From positions 8,804,001 through 8,868,000 of the forward strand of contig NC_043001.1 in the NCBI RefSeq assembly GCF_006345805.1: DNA of 64,000 bases, read 5' to 3'. The notes beneath the pieces are model-generated. The model saw nothing but the letters and a program-made list of their open reading frames with translations. It searched no databases and was not told where the DNA came from. Shown here piece after piece: positions 39,431 to 52,941 of this stretch. The stretch comes from Octopus sinensis. Its lineage: Eukaryota. Each line of letters starts with the position of its first letter. Within the stretch, counting starts at the first letter, position 1. Both the position numbers and the translations under genes were made by a program.

Positions 39431-39660
39431 TCGAAAATCATTTCTTCGTTCCTAAACCAAAATTTTACTGATGTCACAAAGGGAAGAACAATTGTCAAAA
39501 TTCGTCGAATTCAGCGAATCTTAGTTGTGTTGCCAGCATACATAATATCTAGGTATAAATACGTAGAAAGACACACAGACAGCCAGTATACGGCAACACA
39601 ATTAACGAAAGAGAAAAATCATAAACTACGAGTATATAAGTATATATATATATATATTAT

Positions 39661-39694
<34 letters not shown>

Positions 39695-40072
39695 GTGTGT
39701 GTGTGTGTGTATAGTAATATATGTGAAAAGGTTGAATTATAGTTCGTCCTTTTATTTTGGAGGGTTCCAAAATACGATTTCTAATAAAGATTCATCATAT
39801 TTTGCTAGTACCTTACTGGCGTACGTTTGGGGATATGAACACGGGAACATGTGTTTGGTAAGCAAGCTACGTAACACACAGCCGCTCCGAATTTGGCTTG
39901 CAAGATTCTTTAGGTGAGTTCTGCTGTGTCTGGGAAGAGTCTTTCTCTTTTAGTGCCTTATAATTTTACACATTAATAAGTGGAAATTTTACTGGTGTGT
40001 GTGTTAAATTATAATACACTAAAAGAGAATAACTCTTCAGACAACAACAGTTTATATACATACATATATTAT

Positions 40073-40117
<45 letters not shown>

Positions 40118-40121
40118 ATAT

Positions 40122-40182
<61 letters not shown>

Positions 40183-40482
40183 GAAAAAAAACACCTTTTT
40201 ATCAATTCAAAATGAACGATTAAATTACACCATCTAGAAAATTACATATATAGAAAATTTAAAATCAAAATAACAAAAATGTATAGATTAAGTAAATTGC
40301 AAAAAAAAAAAAAAAAAATGTATATAATAGGTAGAAAGAAAAATAACACGTGTTCGCTGCTATATTTAAGAGATTATTATAGTAGTAGAGAAATCACTTC
40401 GATATAAATATAGTCGGTCATCAGGTTAAAAATAATATAGAACAATAAAATAATTAATTAATAAATATACTTTAATATATAT

Positions 40483-40572
<90 letters not shown>

Positions 40573-40573
<1 letters not shown>

Positions 40574-40714
40574 TTTATTTAAAAGCAGCAGAAATTCAAC
40601 AAAACCTGTTACTCTGAGTTTCACGTTCCCGTTCGTCGGACAGCTTTTGTCCGACGAACGGAACGTGAAACTCAGTAAGAGGTTTTGTTGAATTTCTTCT
40701 GCTTTTAAATAAAG
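40573..40714. mobile_element. Head-to-head foldback of hammerhead-bearing pLTR arms in (TA)n
   Basis: ~70-bp arms; left arm on minus (40606-40643) reads ctgt-CCGACGA-acg(ggaa)cgt-GAA-ACTCaGAGT-A-acag. Confidence 0.75.
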
Positions 40715-40785
40715 CGTATTACTCTACCCCTAGTATTTGAGTAGTCTGTTTTCCTACATTGTTTAACATTTTATGTGTTTACACC

Positions 40786-40854
<69 letters not shown>

Positions 40855-41320
40855 GTGTGTGGTGTGTGCGTTATGAAAATCCTAAATATACATATATATA
40901 CACACTTGTCACAAAATACGATTAAGAGTGTCAAGATACCTGCATTGCTAGACATAGGAGCTAAAATGCTCTAACGTTGTATTCAAAGCATATAATTGAC
41001 ATCAAATTCACACCCACATTCAGATTTTATTGATCACTATCTAACAGTAGGTTTATAACTTTTGCCAGATTTGAGTTGGGTCTTTTGTAGAGTGTGAATG
41101 GATTACTGAATAAACTGAAGTCAACAAGAAGGAACATAGCGGAATATAATTTGTAATCATTACAATTGTGTCCACGCAGTTCTCCAGAATCGCTGGTATT
41201 TCTTTATGCAGCCGTTTCCCAGCATTATGAAATCTCGTAGTGTTTGCGCAGATTATATAAGACTATTGTTTGTGGAACAATATTCAGAAGCAGTATTTCA
41301 AAAAAACTATATTCATATAT

Positions 41321-41700
41321 AGGCGCAGGCGTGGCTGTTTGGCGTAGGTACAGGCGTGGCTGTGTGGTAAGTGGCTTGCTTACCAACCATGTGGCACTTT
41401 GAGCAAGTGTCTTCTACTATAGTCTCGGCCTGACCAAAGCCTTTTGAGTGTATTTGGTAGATGGAAACCGAAAGAAGCCTGTAGTATATATATGTATGCT
41501 TGTGTCTGTGTTTGTCCCGCCCACCATCGCTTGACAACCGATGCTGGTGAGCTAACGCCCCCGTAACTTAGCGGGTCAGCAAAAGAGACTGATAGGATAA
41601 GTACTAGGCTTACTAAGGATAGTTCCTGGGGTCGACTTATTCGGCTAAACCCGTGCTCCAGCATGGCCGCAGGCAAATGACTGAAATAAATAAAAGAAAC
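41321..41700 (+). mobile_element. SINE family A with duplicated 5' end
   Basis: ggcgcaggcgtggctgtttggcgta-ggtacaggcgtggctgtgtggtaag. Confidence 0.88.
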
Positions 41701-41895
41701 ACAACTTGATGGAAACACTAATATAAACAAACACCTGCCAAGCTGGAGCACTATGCTACGGGGAAGCAACTGTAGTGATTACAAATAAATGTTCCCCTGC
41801 CAGCAACTTATTCCATATTATACATATATATAATTTTATTTATTTTAGTCATTCGACTTCGGCCATACTGGAGCACCTCCTTTAAAGGACTGAAA

Positions 41896-42016
41896 GACGT
41901 TTACACCACCCAGGTTTCCCAAACGGTCACCGATCTTAGTACAAACTAGGCTCGACGTTGCTTGACTTTATTGATCGGACCAGAACCGGTGTTTTCAAAG
42001 GGTTATGCCCGTAAAC
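41896..42016 (-). pseudogene. Full-length, diverged, solitary 5S rRNA copy
   Basis: Reverse complement GTTTACGGGCATAACCCTTTGAAAACACCGGTTCTGGTCCGATCAATAAAGTCAAGCAACGTCGAGCCTAGTTTGTACTAAGATCGGTGACCGTTTGGGAAACCTGGGTGGTGTAAAC is colinear with metazoan 5S rRNA, with many substitutions. Confidence 0.92.
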
Positions 42017-42419
42017 GATATATATATATATATATATGTAAAATATGAATTAGAGATAAAACCACTATTATGCAACTCAATCGATTCTTCTATCAAGTTT
42101 TCCTTCTCATTGCTTATCAACGACAAACAGAATTCTCGGAGATATGAACATAAATCTGTATTTGTGTGGTTGATAACGGGAGAAAACAAAATCTTGAAAG
42201 ACGATCGATGTCAGGGCTGAAATAACCGACAAGTGTATATATATTCTCCCGAGTTATTTTAATCTTTTGAGATTTTCACTTAGTAAATTACTCTTTAAGT
42301 TTGTGTGCCATTGTGCTATAAGGACTTGTTCATGTGGTTATAAAATTTGATTTAATACTAAATTGAATTTTTCCCAGTAAGTTTGGAGTTATACTCCCCA
42401 ATATTATATATATATATAT

Positions 42420-42463
<44 letters not shown>

Positions 42464-43761
42464 TAGATGGATGGATGGATGGATGGATTGATTTATATAA
42501 TGGTGAAAGTGTGAGGCGATAAAAATATATTTCTAATTAACAACATGTTATTGGAATTGGATAATACTTAACTGCTCTTAGTGTTGATTTCTATAGCACA
42601 TAACTTTCAATGCTGTGGATAGCCTCGAGATATTCTAGCTGAGGATTTCATGGATTCCGTGAAAAATTTTATATTGATGCCAAAGGTTTTGGCTTGAGGT
42701 TTGTGCGAAGTAAAGTCTATTCTCATTAGTTTCATTAGTTCTAAGAGAGTTTTATGCGTGTCGTTTCGATATAAATTATTTCATCTTGAACACGATTCAC
42801 GATTTTCAGCATTAATTGCTAGTTTAGTAGCATTACGTACGATGATACATGACCAATTACTCTGTTAGATCTGACGTCAATATTGCTGTTAGTGTTGTTG
42901 CTGTCGCTGTTCTTGCTGGCTTTCCTGTTTCATTCTATTTAATCAATGATTGAGCAGACTTTTAGCAAAATTATTTCCAGTTGTCAACACACCTCTTTTT
43001 CGTTTAATAAATAACAAATTAAATGCATAGAAACTTTATTAACTAACATATTGTTCCTTTTTGAAAATATTTGTACTTTCATGAAGGAAATTTGTCTGTT
43101 TATTCTTAACGAATAAATTATTGGCTCACCATGATTCTTTCACTCGATTTCTATCCCTGTTGGCTTTGCTGGGTAAATGCAATATAATGTAATCTTCAAG
43201 CTACTCCTAAGAAATATTCCAGTTTTATACCTAATGCAATCTATTGATTATCATGTAGCGTTAACACGTGTCTTGCAATTTTCTCTTACGATATCATCAC
43301 TAACAATTTGATACGATGTACGCAGTCCACGCTCACCTCAAAATCGTTATGTTGTTTGCATATAGGTTTAAGTATTAAGAACTTCCTATCCTCTTCATAC
43401 GTCCATTGTAAATTTCTTTATGTGTTGTATATTCTTCAGTGATTGTTTTACGGTTGTTTTTTCTCCCTAGACATCTATTTATTCATGACGACGCTAGTGC
43501 TATCGAAAATCTTAGGACTAATTTCTCCTTCAGTTTGCCGGGGGGAACGAATTAGATGTCGATTGAGACGCAGATGATTTTGCAATTGTAAAAATAGCAG
43601 TTGATGTATGTGGTAAACATGAGAGTCAAGACTATTGAAAAGGTTGCAAGACGCAACGAAAATTTTAGGAAAATAAAAATAAGAAATAAGTGGAAATTTT
43701 ACCAGCTAATTGTGTGACATTATATGGCACAAAAAGAAAAAAATGACTCTCCCCAGACACA

Positions 43762-44143
43762 TGGATGGAAGCACTCCGTCGGTTACGACAACAAGGGTTC
43801 CGGTTGATCCGATCAACGGAACAGCCTGCTCGTGAAATTAACGTGTAAGTGGCTGAGCACTCCACAGACGTGTACCCTTAACGTAGTTCTTGGGGATATT
43901 CAGCGTGACACAGAGAGTGACAAGGCCGGCCTTTGAAATACAGGTACAACAGAAACAGAAGTAAGAATGATAGAAAGTTTGTGGTGAAAGAGTACAGCAG
44001 GGATCACCACCATCCCTGGCGGAGCCTCGTGGAGCTTTTAGATGTTTTCGCTCAATAAACACTCCCAACGCCCGGTCTGGGAATTGAAACCGCGATCCTA
44101 TGACCGCGAGTCCGCTGCCCTAACCACTGGGCCATTGCGCCTC
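43762..44143 (-). mobile_element. Full-length SINE family C with 13-bp TSD
   Basis: Head GGAGGCGCAATGGCCCAGTGGTTAGGGCAGCGGACTCGCGG; TSD ctccccagacaca at 43749-43761 and 44144-44156. Confidence 0.93.
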
Positions 44144-44614
44144 CTCCCCAGACACAACAGTATGTGGTAAATATTTTTGGTTAAAAACTTGCACCAGTTT
44201 TCCAGCCATCGAAGAATAGGACAACACTCATTTTCTCCTTTCTAGGCCGATAAAAGAATGTAGAAATCCAGGAAGGTGGTAAGATGGGACTGTAAGAACG
44301 CTAGACTAGATACATTCAAGTATTTATTACCGTATTTTGTTGTCTAAGTTCAAATTCAGCCATGGTCCACTCGGGTGGTAGACTTAATCTATTGCCTGGT
44401 TTTACCTCACCAGGTGTTGTCTATGACTTAGGGAAGTCCACCCAATTGCAATGTTTTGGACCAGGCTTCGATTTCAGGGTACATTGTTCTCCATCCGTTC
44501 CCACCACTCTTAAAACAGTAAAAATGTTAAACAAATGATGGAGAGAATTTTGTGATTTTGAAAGCACCAAAATAATTGTTAATTAATTGCAAAACAAATG
44601 AGTTTAATTTTGGT

Positions 44615-44800
44615 TTCAGATTTTCACACAAGGCCAGCAATTTCGGGGCTGGCTGCCGATTACTCAACTGGAACTTATTTCATTGACCCTTGAAAGGATA
44701 AAAGTTAAAGCCAACCTTGGAGGAATTCGAACACAGAACGTCAATGCCACTGAGAATTGTTGCCTGGTTTGCTAGCGATTCTGCCATCAAGCCACCTTAA
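44615..44800 (-). mobile_element. Old SINE family B
   Basis: cacaaggccagcaatttcgggg..gacccttgaaaggataaaag..ctagcgattctgcca. Confidence 0.65.
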
Positions 44801-45472
44801 CTGAGTCTAATATTGATATCGGGATCGACAGAATACAGATTTCCCTAGATGTATTGATGTAAGAATTCAGACTTTGTTGTGTTCCAGTAAGTTATTCCGA
44901 TAGTTTACGGCAACAGCAATCAGTCTGAGAACAATAATTACATTTCGGAGCGATTCTATCTCAGACGCATAAATTAAGAAGAAAAAAAACTTACATGTGG
45001 AGTTTATTTGCATGCATGTCTGTCTGAATTACTATAATTCTCCTATAAATCATTTATTCACATCATCAATGCCAGCAATTTAAAGAAAATTCGAAATGCA
45101 CAATTTCCCTATTTGTATATCCCTATTTGCATATCCGATGAATTGCTACAAAAGGAGAGCCACTTTCACATTGTTACCCGCCGCATAAGTAAAATTCTCC
45201 TTTCAAATAATGTGTTTAACGAGTAGGGTTATTCCCGACGCTATCAACTGTAGGATACGTATTCCAACGTTGCTACATTTTATCAACTTCTGACATCAGG
45301 GCTCTTGCACATAGTCCACTAGAACCAACCCTTGTTATATGTATGCAGCAAAAAATAATTTCGTTGGCGCATGCAGAGCTTTAACAAGCGATAATTAATT
45401 AAACGGACATCGCCAACGTAGATTAAATTATATCTCCGTACGTGCACGGCATTATTCATCTCATATATATAT

Positions 45473-45519
<47 letters not shown>

Positions 45520-46378
45520 GTATATAATATGTGGCTCTTACTAATACGTATGCACTCTGAATGCTCAATCTCGTATGCTACTACACACGTGTGCTCACAT
45601 ACACTCACATACTCAAATGTATGTAGGGGAAATTTTCATTAGAAAGATTTTTGAAAGATAAATTATTTACAACCGGTTTCGATTATATAAATCTTGACTA
45701 AAACAATAGTGAAAATATTTTAATTTCATGTTATCATGAGAATTTTTTAATCCATGTCAGTAGCAGGAAAGCTCGTTTGTGATGTAGGCCACTAAGTCTA
45801 AATGGAGCTAATTGGAGATTGTTATTATTAGAAGCAGGGGAGGGAACTACTCCTTCTCTGGAGGTTAATTGATTGTATGTGTGTATGTGTTTATTTATGT
45901 GCCTTTGTGTGAGTTTCTATGTGTGCATGTGTGTGTACGAGATACCTATGGCGAATAGTTCAATGCCGAATTCTAGGAATGACTTACCAATCGCTACTGA
46001 AGTATTTAGCGATTACAATTCACAGTGTCCGTTGTCTTGCCATTCGTTGTCAGAATTGTGTACTCGTTGTGTTTCGCTGATAATTGTGACTTTGTCAGAC
46101 TTGCATCAATTAATCTGAAGTAAGAGAATGCATGAAACGACGTCAATATAAATTCACACGCAGCACCGGAAGTAGTTGTCTCTTTATTCTCTTTGCATTT
46201 TATTGGACAAGTCTCGCTACTGTAGCATCACCTGTGAAACATGGCAGATAAAATATATAACGGTAAATCACTGGAGTTGACCTAATGCATATATATATTT
46301 TTCTATATATGTAGGTCCACGGTTGGTCGGGTTAACCACTAGTAAATAAGGTAATCAATACATAGCAGAGTAAATTAA

Positions 46379-46511
46379 TTTATTTTATAGAAGGAGCTTA
46401 TACAGGGCTAGAACGTTTTCATTCAAAAAGAAATCATCAGGAGCTCTGATGATTTCTTTTGAATGTACAGTTCTAGCCCTGTTGTAGAAGCTCCGGTCTT
46501 CAAATAATAAA
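46379..46511. mobile_element. Head-to-head foldback with hammerhead cores at the centre
   Basis: ..gaacgttttcattcaaaaagaaatcatcag gagct ctgatgatttcttttgaatg..; minus arm CTGATGA..GAA-AACGTT-C; stem I truncated by the inversion. Confidence 0.6.
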
Positions 46512-46542
46512 TATATATATATATATATATATAGATATATAT

Positions 46543-46595
<53 letters not shown>

Positions 46596-47091
46596 TTTTA
46601 GCTCAGTCTCCGACCTTAAACTTAGAGATACCGCATTAACTCCCCTATAAACTAATAATTTTTAACGAGGCAGTATATACTCAAAGTTCCTAAAGCACTT
46701 TAGACGCTATAGTGATGTTTAAATGGCCTAGCCATACCTGGAAGGGCAGCATATCCACAATTTTCTGGATCTAGGAGATCAGTTGATAGTAGAGATAATT
46801 TAGATTAAAAACTTTCAATTGAGTCGATGGATACAATCACTTATGAAACAGCTAGTGACTTTGCATTGGTTGACGTATTGTGGCTACCACTACAGTGTAG
46901 GAATGGCCTCACCGTTTCTGTATGATGTACTGCGGGATAGAACCGAATTCAGCACAATTTCAAAGCGCGTGTGTTAACCATATAACCCAGACTATACAAC
47001 TATACAGAAATTTGAGAAACGAAAGACTTAAAAATACCGTAATTTCATTTCTTTTCTTGAACGAAAATATAATCTCTATTTCAGTCCACCC

Positions 47092-47140
<49 letters not shown>

Positions 47141-49020
47141 TCTCTCTCCCCTCACATACACACAAATACACACATATATATATAATGAAATTTGATTGGC
47201 TGAGTTAAATATGCTGTTAACGGTAGAGTCAAAATATTGCTCTAATGTTTTTCTTGTAATATATTATTGTTTGGCAATTTTGTGAATACAACATGGCCTT
47301 CTTCTAAGTTTTATCACTATAGCTTCAACTTTAAAGCTATATCTTATATTTATTCAATAATGCTTCAAGCACATAGCGTCAGTACATTTATACACACACG
47401 CACATATATATGTACATATAAGCACACATACACACACACATAGACACACACACACGCGGACATATATATATATAAGCATAGATAAATGCATACAAATTGT
47501 ATGTGCATCCTACGTACATTTATGCCACCAAATATACAGACAGACATGTGTCCTCTATTATCCTTTGATCGAAAACATGGCCGGAATGCTGACAACCGAC
47601 AGGACACAGCTAACGGCAATCGCTGTACATGTATCCAATCTCATCACGAATATCAGTAGCCTTGATGCTATCAGATAAATCTAATGCATACTGGCTAAAA
47701 AAGAAACATCTTTAAACGAACCTATTATAGACAAAACTATTGAAGTTCTCTTTGTCGGCAACCGTCAGCAGGAACTATAACAGATAAATAACTTCATTAT
47801 CTGCAAATGTTCATATCAAACTGTATGAGGATTATGGTATTTTTAAATATCTAACTGATGAAGTCTGCTTCTTCAAGAGCTGCCCTTACAGCTTAATTAT
47901 ACTATTCAGTTATAGAATATTTAGGTGTAAGACGTAAGTTAAGTTCTTTGTGGCTTATCAAATGTGAAAATCTGATTCTATAAGTAAGGCTAAACTACCA
48001 TAGAATACTTATGCTGCAAAATATGAATAAGAGTAAGTTCAATAAAGCACGTTCTAAGTTCGGTAGAAAAGAGTCTACTTTGTGACTTCAACGCGTGTGT
48101 CTGTGTGCTGGCGTCTTCTGAACAAGTTGCTGTGAGGAGGTATATAATTGATAGAATACATCGTAACAGTCGTCCATTGACCGAACTTCGCATGCGTCAG
48201 AACTTTATCTCATCACTGCTTACTTCAGAATCACGTGGGCAAGCTTCAATGTTTTTACCGTTGCAACTGGGAGTGTTTAATATACGTAGATGTTTGTGAA
48301 AACGAAGTTACATAATGAGAAGGAACGTTACGTCCATTTACGCTAAAGCAATTTAAAAAGCCGTTAAGCAGATCACCAGTCTTCTACTCGACACGTTGAT
48401 ATATTTAAAGACACTGAGTTGGCTATACATGTATGGGATCTGAAGACCAATTGCACACCGTATGCAATCAAGTAGAGAATCAAAGATAAATACACGCCGT
48501 ATATAAACGGCTCAAAATGATGCAAATTGTGCGTAGTTTTTCAATCCCAGAACTCCACCACACTATTTAACTCCAGATCCAAAAGTTTTGCCAGATGCAA
48601 GCTTATGAACAAGTTTCGGTTTTCGAACTGGAAGACGCCACCCATTCAAACTGAATGATTTCCTCGCCGCCTTCTCTCTGTTATATCATTCCACACATAT
48701 TAATTATGTTTTCCTACTTTATGTTTTCCAGAGACAAAAGGACGAAGATCTTGATATTCTTTCCTTTCATTTCGCTCAACTTATGCATGAATCTCCATTC
48801 TGTTGCATTCCTCTTGTTTCCTTTCATGTTGTCTCATTGAGCAGCATCTTGGCTTTTAAATACATCGAACGATATACGCTGACATTGCTTCGAGATATAT
48901 TGCTTGTTATTAGAATCTGCCAAATTATTGTATTTCGAAATCACGAAACTATTAATAAATTGTTTATACATTGTGTATATTAAATATTTGCCACTCAGTG
49001 GATGGAGGACTATATATATG

Positions 49021-49069
<49 letters not shown>

Positions 49070-49125
49070 TATAAATAAACATTTCTATATATAAACACAC
49101 GCACACACTCACAAACACACTCACA

Positions 49126-49164
<39 letters not shown>

Positions 49165-49852
49165 ACATATATATATATATATATACGTATATGGATATGT
49201 ATAAATTTGAGTGTGTATGATTATTACTAACATATGCGAACAAAATTGGTGGTGACAGAATTTGTCTGAATTCAACTGGATGTACAATACTTACTTAGGC
49301 AGGCTTAAACAGACGCACACATACACGCACGAACGCACACACATCATACACCCATATACAAACACGACCCACATATACGCACACAATCAAACAGTTACAC
49401 AATTACGCACATCTATATACATTCGCACAATTAACATGTGACCAAATCTGTCATGAACAATTTTCCTTCTTAGTAATCATAACTTTAAGGAACATTTGAA
49501 AAAGAAAGAAAACATACAAATAGTTTGATTGGTAGTTTCTTATTGCAAACCCCGTGCACATTTAATGTAAATGGCTATTATACTACTTATCAATCAAAAC
49601 GGAAAACCATATTGTGAAATAGAACACCACGTACATTCCAGTCTGCTAAGCTAATTAGCTTAAATTTTCTATTCACATATTTTGCTCCGCATTAATATTA
49701 ACAACACAAACAAGATATTAGTAATAATTATTTACAACCTAAATGGATAAGAACGTTTTAACACGATTTAATACGATATAATGGAAGAGAATATATGTAT
49801 GCTTAAGAACAGGTTGATCAAGCTCTATAGCAAAGTTATATAAGACACGAAA

Positions 49853-50415
49853 TGGCTGCGAGCTGGCAGAAACGTTAGCACGCCGGGTGAAATGCTTAGC
49901 AGTATTTCGTCTGCCGTTACGTTCGGATTTCAAATTCCGCCGAGGTCGACTTTGCCTTTCATCCTTTCGGGGTCGATTACATAAGTACCAGTTACGCACT
50001 GGGGTCGATATAATCGACTTAATCGGTTTGTCTGTCTTTGTTTGTCCTCTCTGTGTTTAGCCCCTTGTGGTTAGTAAAGAAATGGGTATTTTGTCTGTCT
50101 TTACGTTCTGAGTTCAAATTCCGGCGAGGTCGACTTTGCCTTTCATCCTTTCGGATTTGATAAAAGAAGTACCAGTTACGCACCAGTGCGTAACTGGTAC
50201 TTCTTTTATCAAATCCGAAGGATGAAAGGCAAAGTCGACCTCGCCGGATGCGTAACTGGTACTTCTTTTATCAAATCCGAAAGGATGAAAGGCAAAGTCG
50301 ACCTCGCCGGAATTTGAACTCAGAACGTAAAGACAGACATGTAGTCGACTTAATCCATTTGTCTGTTCTTGTTTGACCCCTCTATGTTTAGCCCCTTGTC
50401 GGCAATAAAGAAATA
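49853..50415 (+). mobile_element. SINE family B dimer containing an internal inverted duplication (50093-50338)
   Basis: Head plus two body units; the second unit is followed by two reverse-complement copies of itself. Confidence 0.9.
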
Positions 50416-50489
50416 TATATAAGACGCGAAACTTGAAACACTTTTACAGAGGTCAGGAGAAATAGTGCAAATAATATAAAAGAGAAGAT

Positions 50490-50660
50490 GGTACAGGTGT
50501 GGCTGTGTGGAAACAAAATTTGCTCCTTAATCGGATGGTTCCGATATCCGTCCAGTTGCGTGGCACCTTGAACAAGTGTCTTCCACTATAGACTAGTGCA
50601 CACCAAAACTTCGTGAGGGGATTTCGTATATGGAACGTGAAAGAAGCTTGTTATACATAC

Positions 50661-50694
<34 letters not shown>

Positions 50695-51003
50695 GTATGT
50701 ATGTATGTATGTATATATGTATGTATGTATGTGTGTGTGTGCTTCTGTGCCGGTGTGTTTATGTATACACTTGTGTGTATTTTTATGTCTGTATGTCTGT
50801 CTGTGTCCTCTTCCACTACTTAACATCTGGTCGGTATGTTTACGGACCCACAACTTAGCGGTTCGTACAACGAATCTGATAGAATACGTAGCAGGCTTTA
50901 ATAAGTAAGTACTGGTGTTGACCCCTTCGACTAAGATTGTTCAAGTCAGTGCCCTAGTGTGGCCGTAGTCTAGTGACTAAATCAAAATATCTAAAACATA
51001 AAA
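50490..51003 (+). mobile_element. Old SINE family A
   Basis: ggtacaggtgtggctgtgtgg..tggcaccttgaacaagtgtc..tggccgtagtctagtgactaaa. Confidence 0.75.
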
Positions 51004-51284
51004 GATGGCTTGTAATCGAGAATATCTTCGCCATCATGGGAATTTCTTGTCAGGAGAGGAATTCCGTTTATTAGGGACGGCTGAAAAAGCATTATATGTT
51101 TCACAGTGTAGAGAAAATAAATTGGCGTCAAATAGTTTGTGCTCTATACGATATGGCAGTTCATCACTGACAGCCAGTGATGTATATATATATATGCTGA
51201 TGTAATTCTTACATTGTTTAAAATGAAGTAGCATGAAACGATTGTACTACATTACCTTTGATATCCTTGTTACTTATTTTGATC

Positions 51285-51362
<78 letters not shown>

Positions 51363-51947
51363 TATGGATATAATTATTACTATTATCATTAATATTATGA
51401 TAATTACGAAGAGAGAGACAAACAGACAGACTGATGTATCTAGATATGCATACAAATCAAATGGGAAATTAACTTTAAAAGTTCTACCCTTATTTTTATT
51501 ACAAAAAATGGGTAATAAAGAACGGTTATTTCCCTTATGCTGCAAAACTACATTTTTCGTCATATTGTCATTATTCGAACTAAAATTTAAATTGTTTTCA
51601 TGGCCTGATTAATAGAGGCAGTATTAAATGCCAACAGGGTTAATATACGTAATTTTTTTATAGCCTGCTTTAAGTTAGGCATAGTTATAAAATTCGACTT
51701 TATCATTAAAGATCTCAACATTAGCAGATAATCCGAACGTGTTTATCGTTGTAAACATTGGCAAAAACATAGCTTTAGGTTCCCATAAGTAATTTCTGCC
51801 AATCTATAAAATTCGACCTTTAACAGTCTCCTTACAGCTCATTTCTGCTACGTATATCTATTTCCACGCTTTTAAACTATATTCCCATTCATCTAAGACA
51901 TTCTATTTCACCAGTTTTAATTTTCTATTAATTTCTTTCTTTCTCTT

Positions 51948-51985
<38 letters not shown>

Positions 51986-51987
51986 AT

Positions 51988-52018
<31 letters not shown>

Positions 52019-52048
52019 TGTGTGTGTGTATGTATGTATGTATATATC

Positions 52049-52083
<35 letters not shown>

Positions 52084-52224
52084 TATATATACATATATTA
52101 AATAATGTATAGTCTATTGGAACTAATTCTCAAATTAAATTATATGTAATACGTTAAATCCATTTATAAAAATAGTTATCATAACTAATAACGATCGTAA
52201 CTAATAACTATCAACAAACTATAA

Positions 52225-52293
<69 letters not shown>

Positions 52294-52346
52294 GAAATAT
52301 AAAAATTCTAAATATCTCATAGAGATATGTGCTGTGGTGGAGCGAT

Positions 52347-52475
52347 AGAGTGGTTGTATACTGTCAACTTAACGTGACATTCTTGTAAGAGGAAGCGTCG
52401 ATGCTTCCTATGGCTAAACAGCGGTGGCATAATTCCCCTACGGGACTGTCACGTTAAGTTGACAGTATACTACCA

Positions 52476-52479
<4 letters not shown>
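52347..52479. mobile_element. MITE-like element with ~33-bp terminal inverted repeats
   Basis: agagtggttgtatactgtcaacttaacgtgaca ... tgtcacgttaagttgacagtatactaccactct. Confidence 0.65.
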
Positions 52480-52545
<66 letters not shown>

Positions 52546-52941
52546 TGTGTGTGTGTGTATGTGTGTGTGTGTGTGTGTATCTATGTATGTATCTATATAT
52601 ATAACCACTTTCAAAGTTGTAAATTTTTAACTACCAATGACAGCACATACATCACGTGCATATATTAGCCCAATGACGTTGACTGTGTTTCTGTCTAACT
52701 TTTTACTTCATAATTGCCCTTAATATTCATTTAAAATAAATGGAAGCTGTAACCCGTCGGCATCTTCTGTCAGAAGCCTGCCTATCAGCCTCAAAACAAA
52801 ACTCTTATGTGATGATGTCAATCATAGTAAACTTCCACCATGAATATTTTACAGTCTAGTCTGCCATTTTATTTCTTTCTTTCGTAAAACTTCAGCGCCA
52901 TCAACATCGTCGGTGTTTAGTCAACGTTATTATATTTCACA

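Noticed and set aside
45100-45140. Tandem ccctatttg(t/c)atat with an octamer ATTTGCAT
   Set aside because: A short duplication; the motif is expected by chance in AT-rich DNA and no linked snRNA or promoter is seen
47855-47890. CTGATGA hammerhead core
   Set aside because: No downstream stem II/GAAA/NUH arrangement
51600-51643. piggyBac-like end (..caacagggTTAA)
   Set aside because: No matching second TIR found
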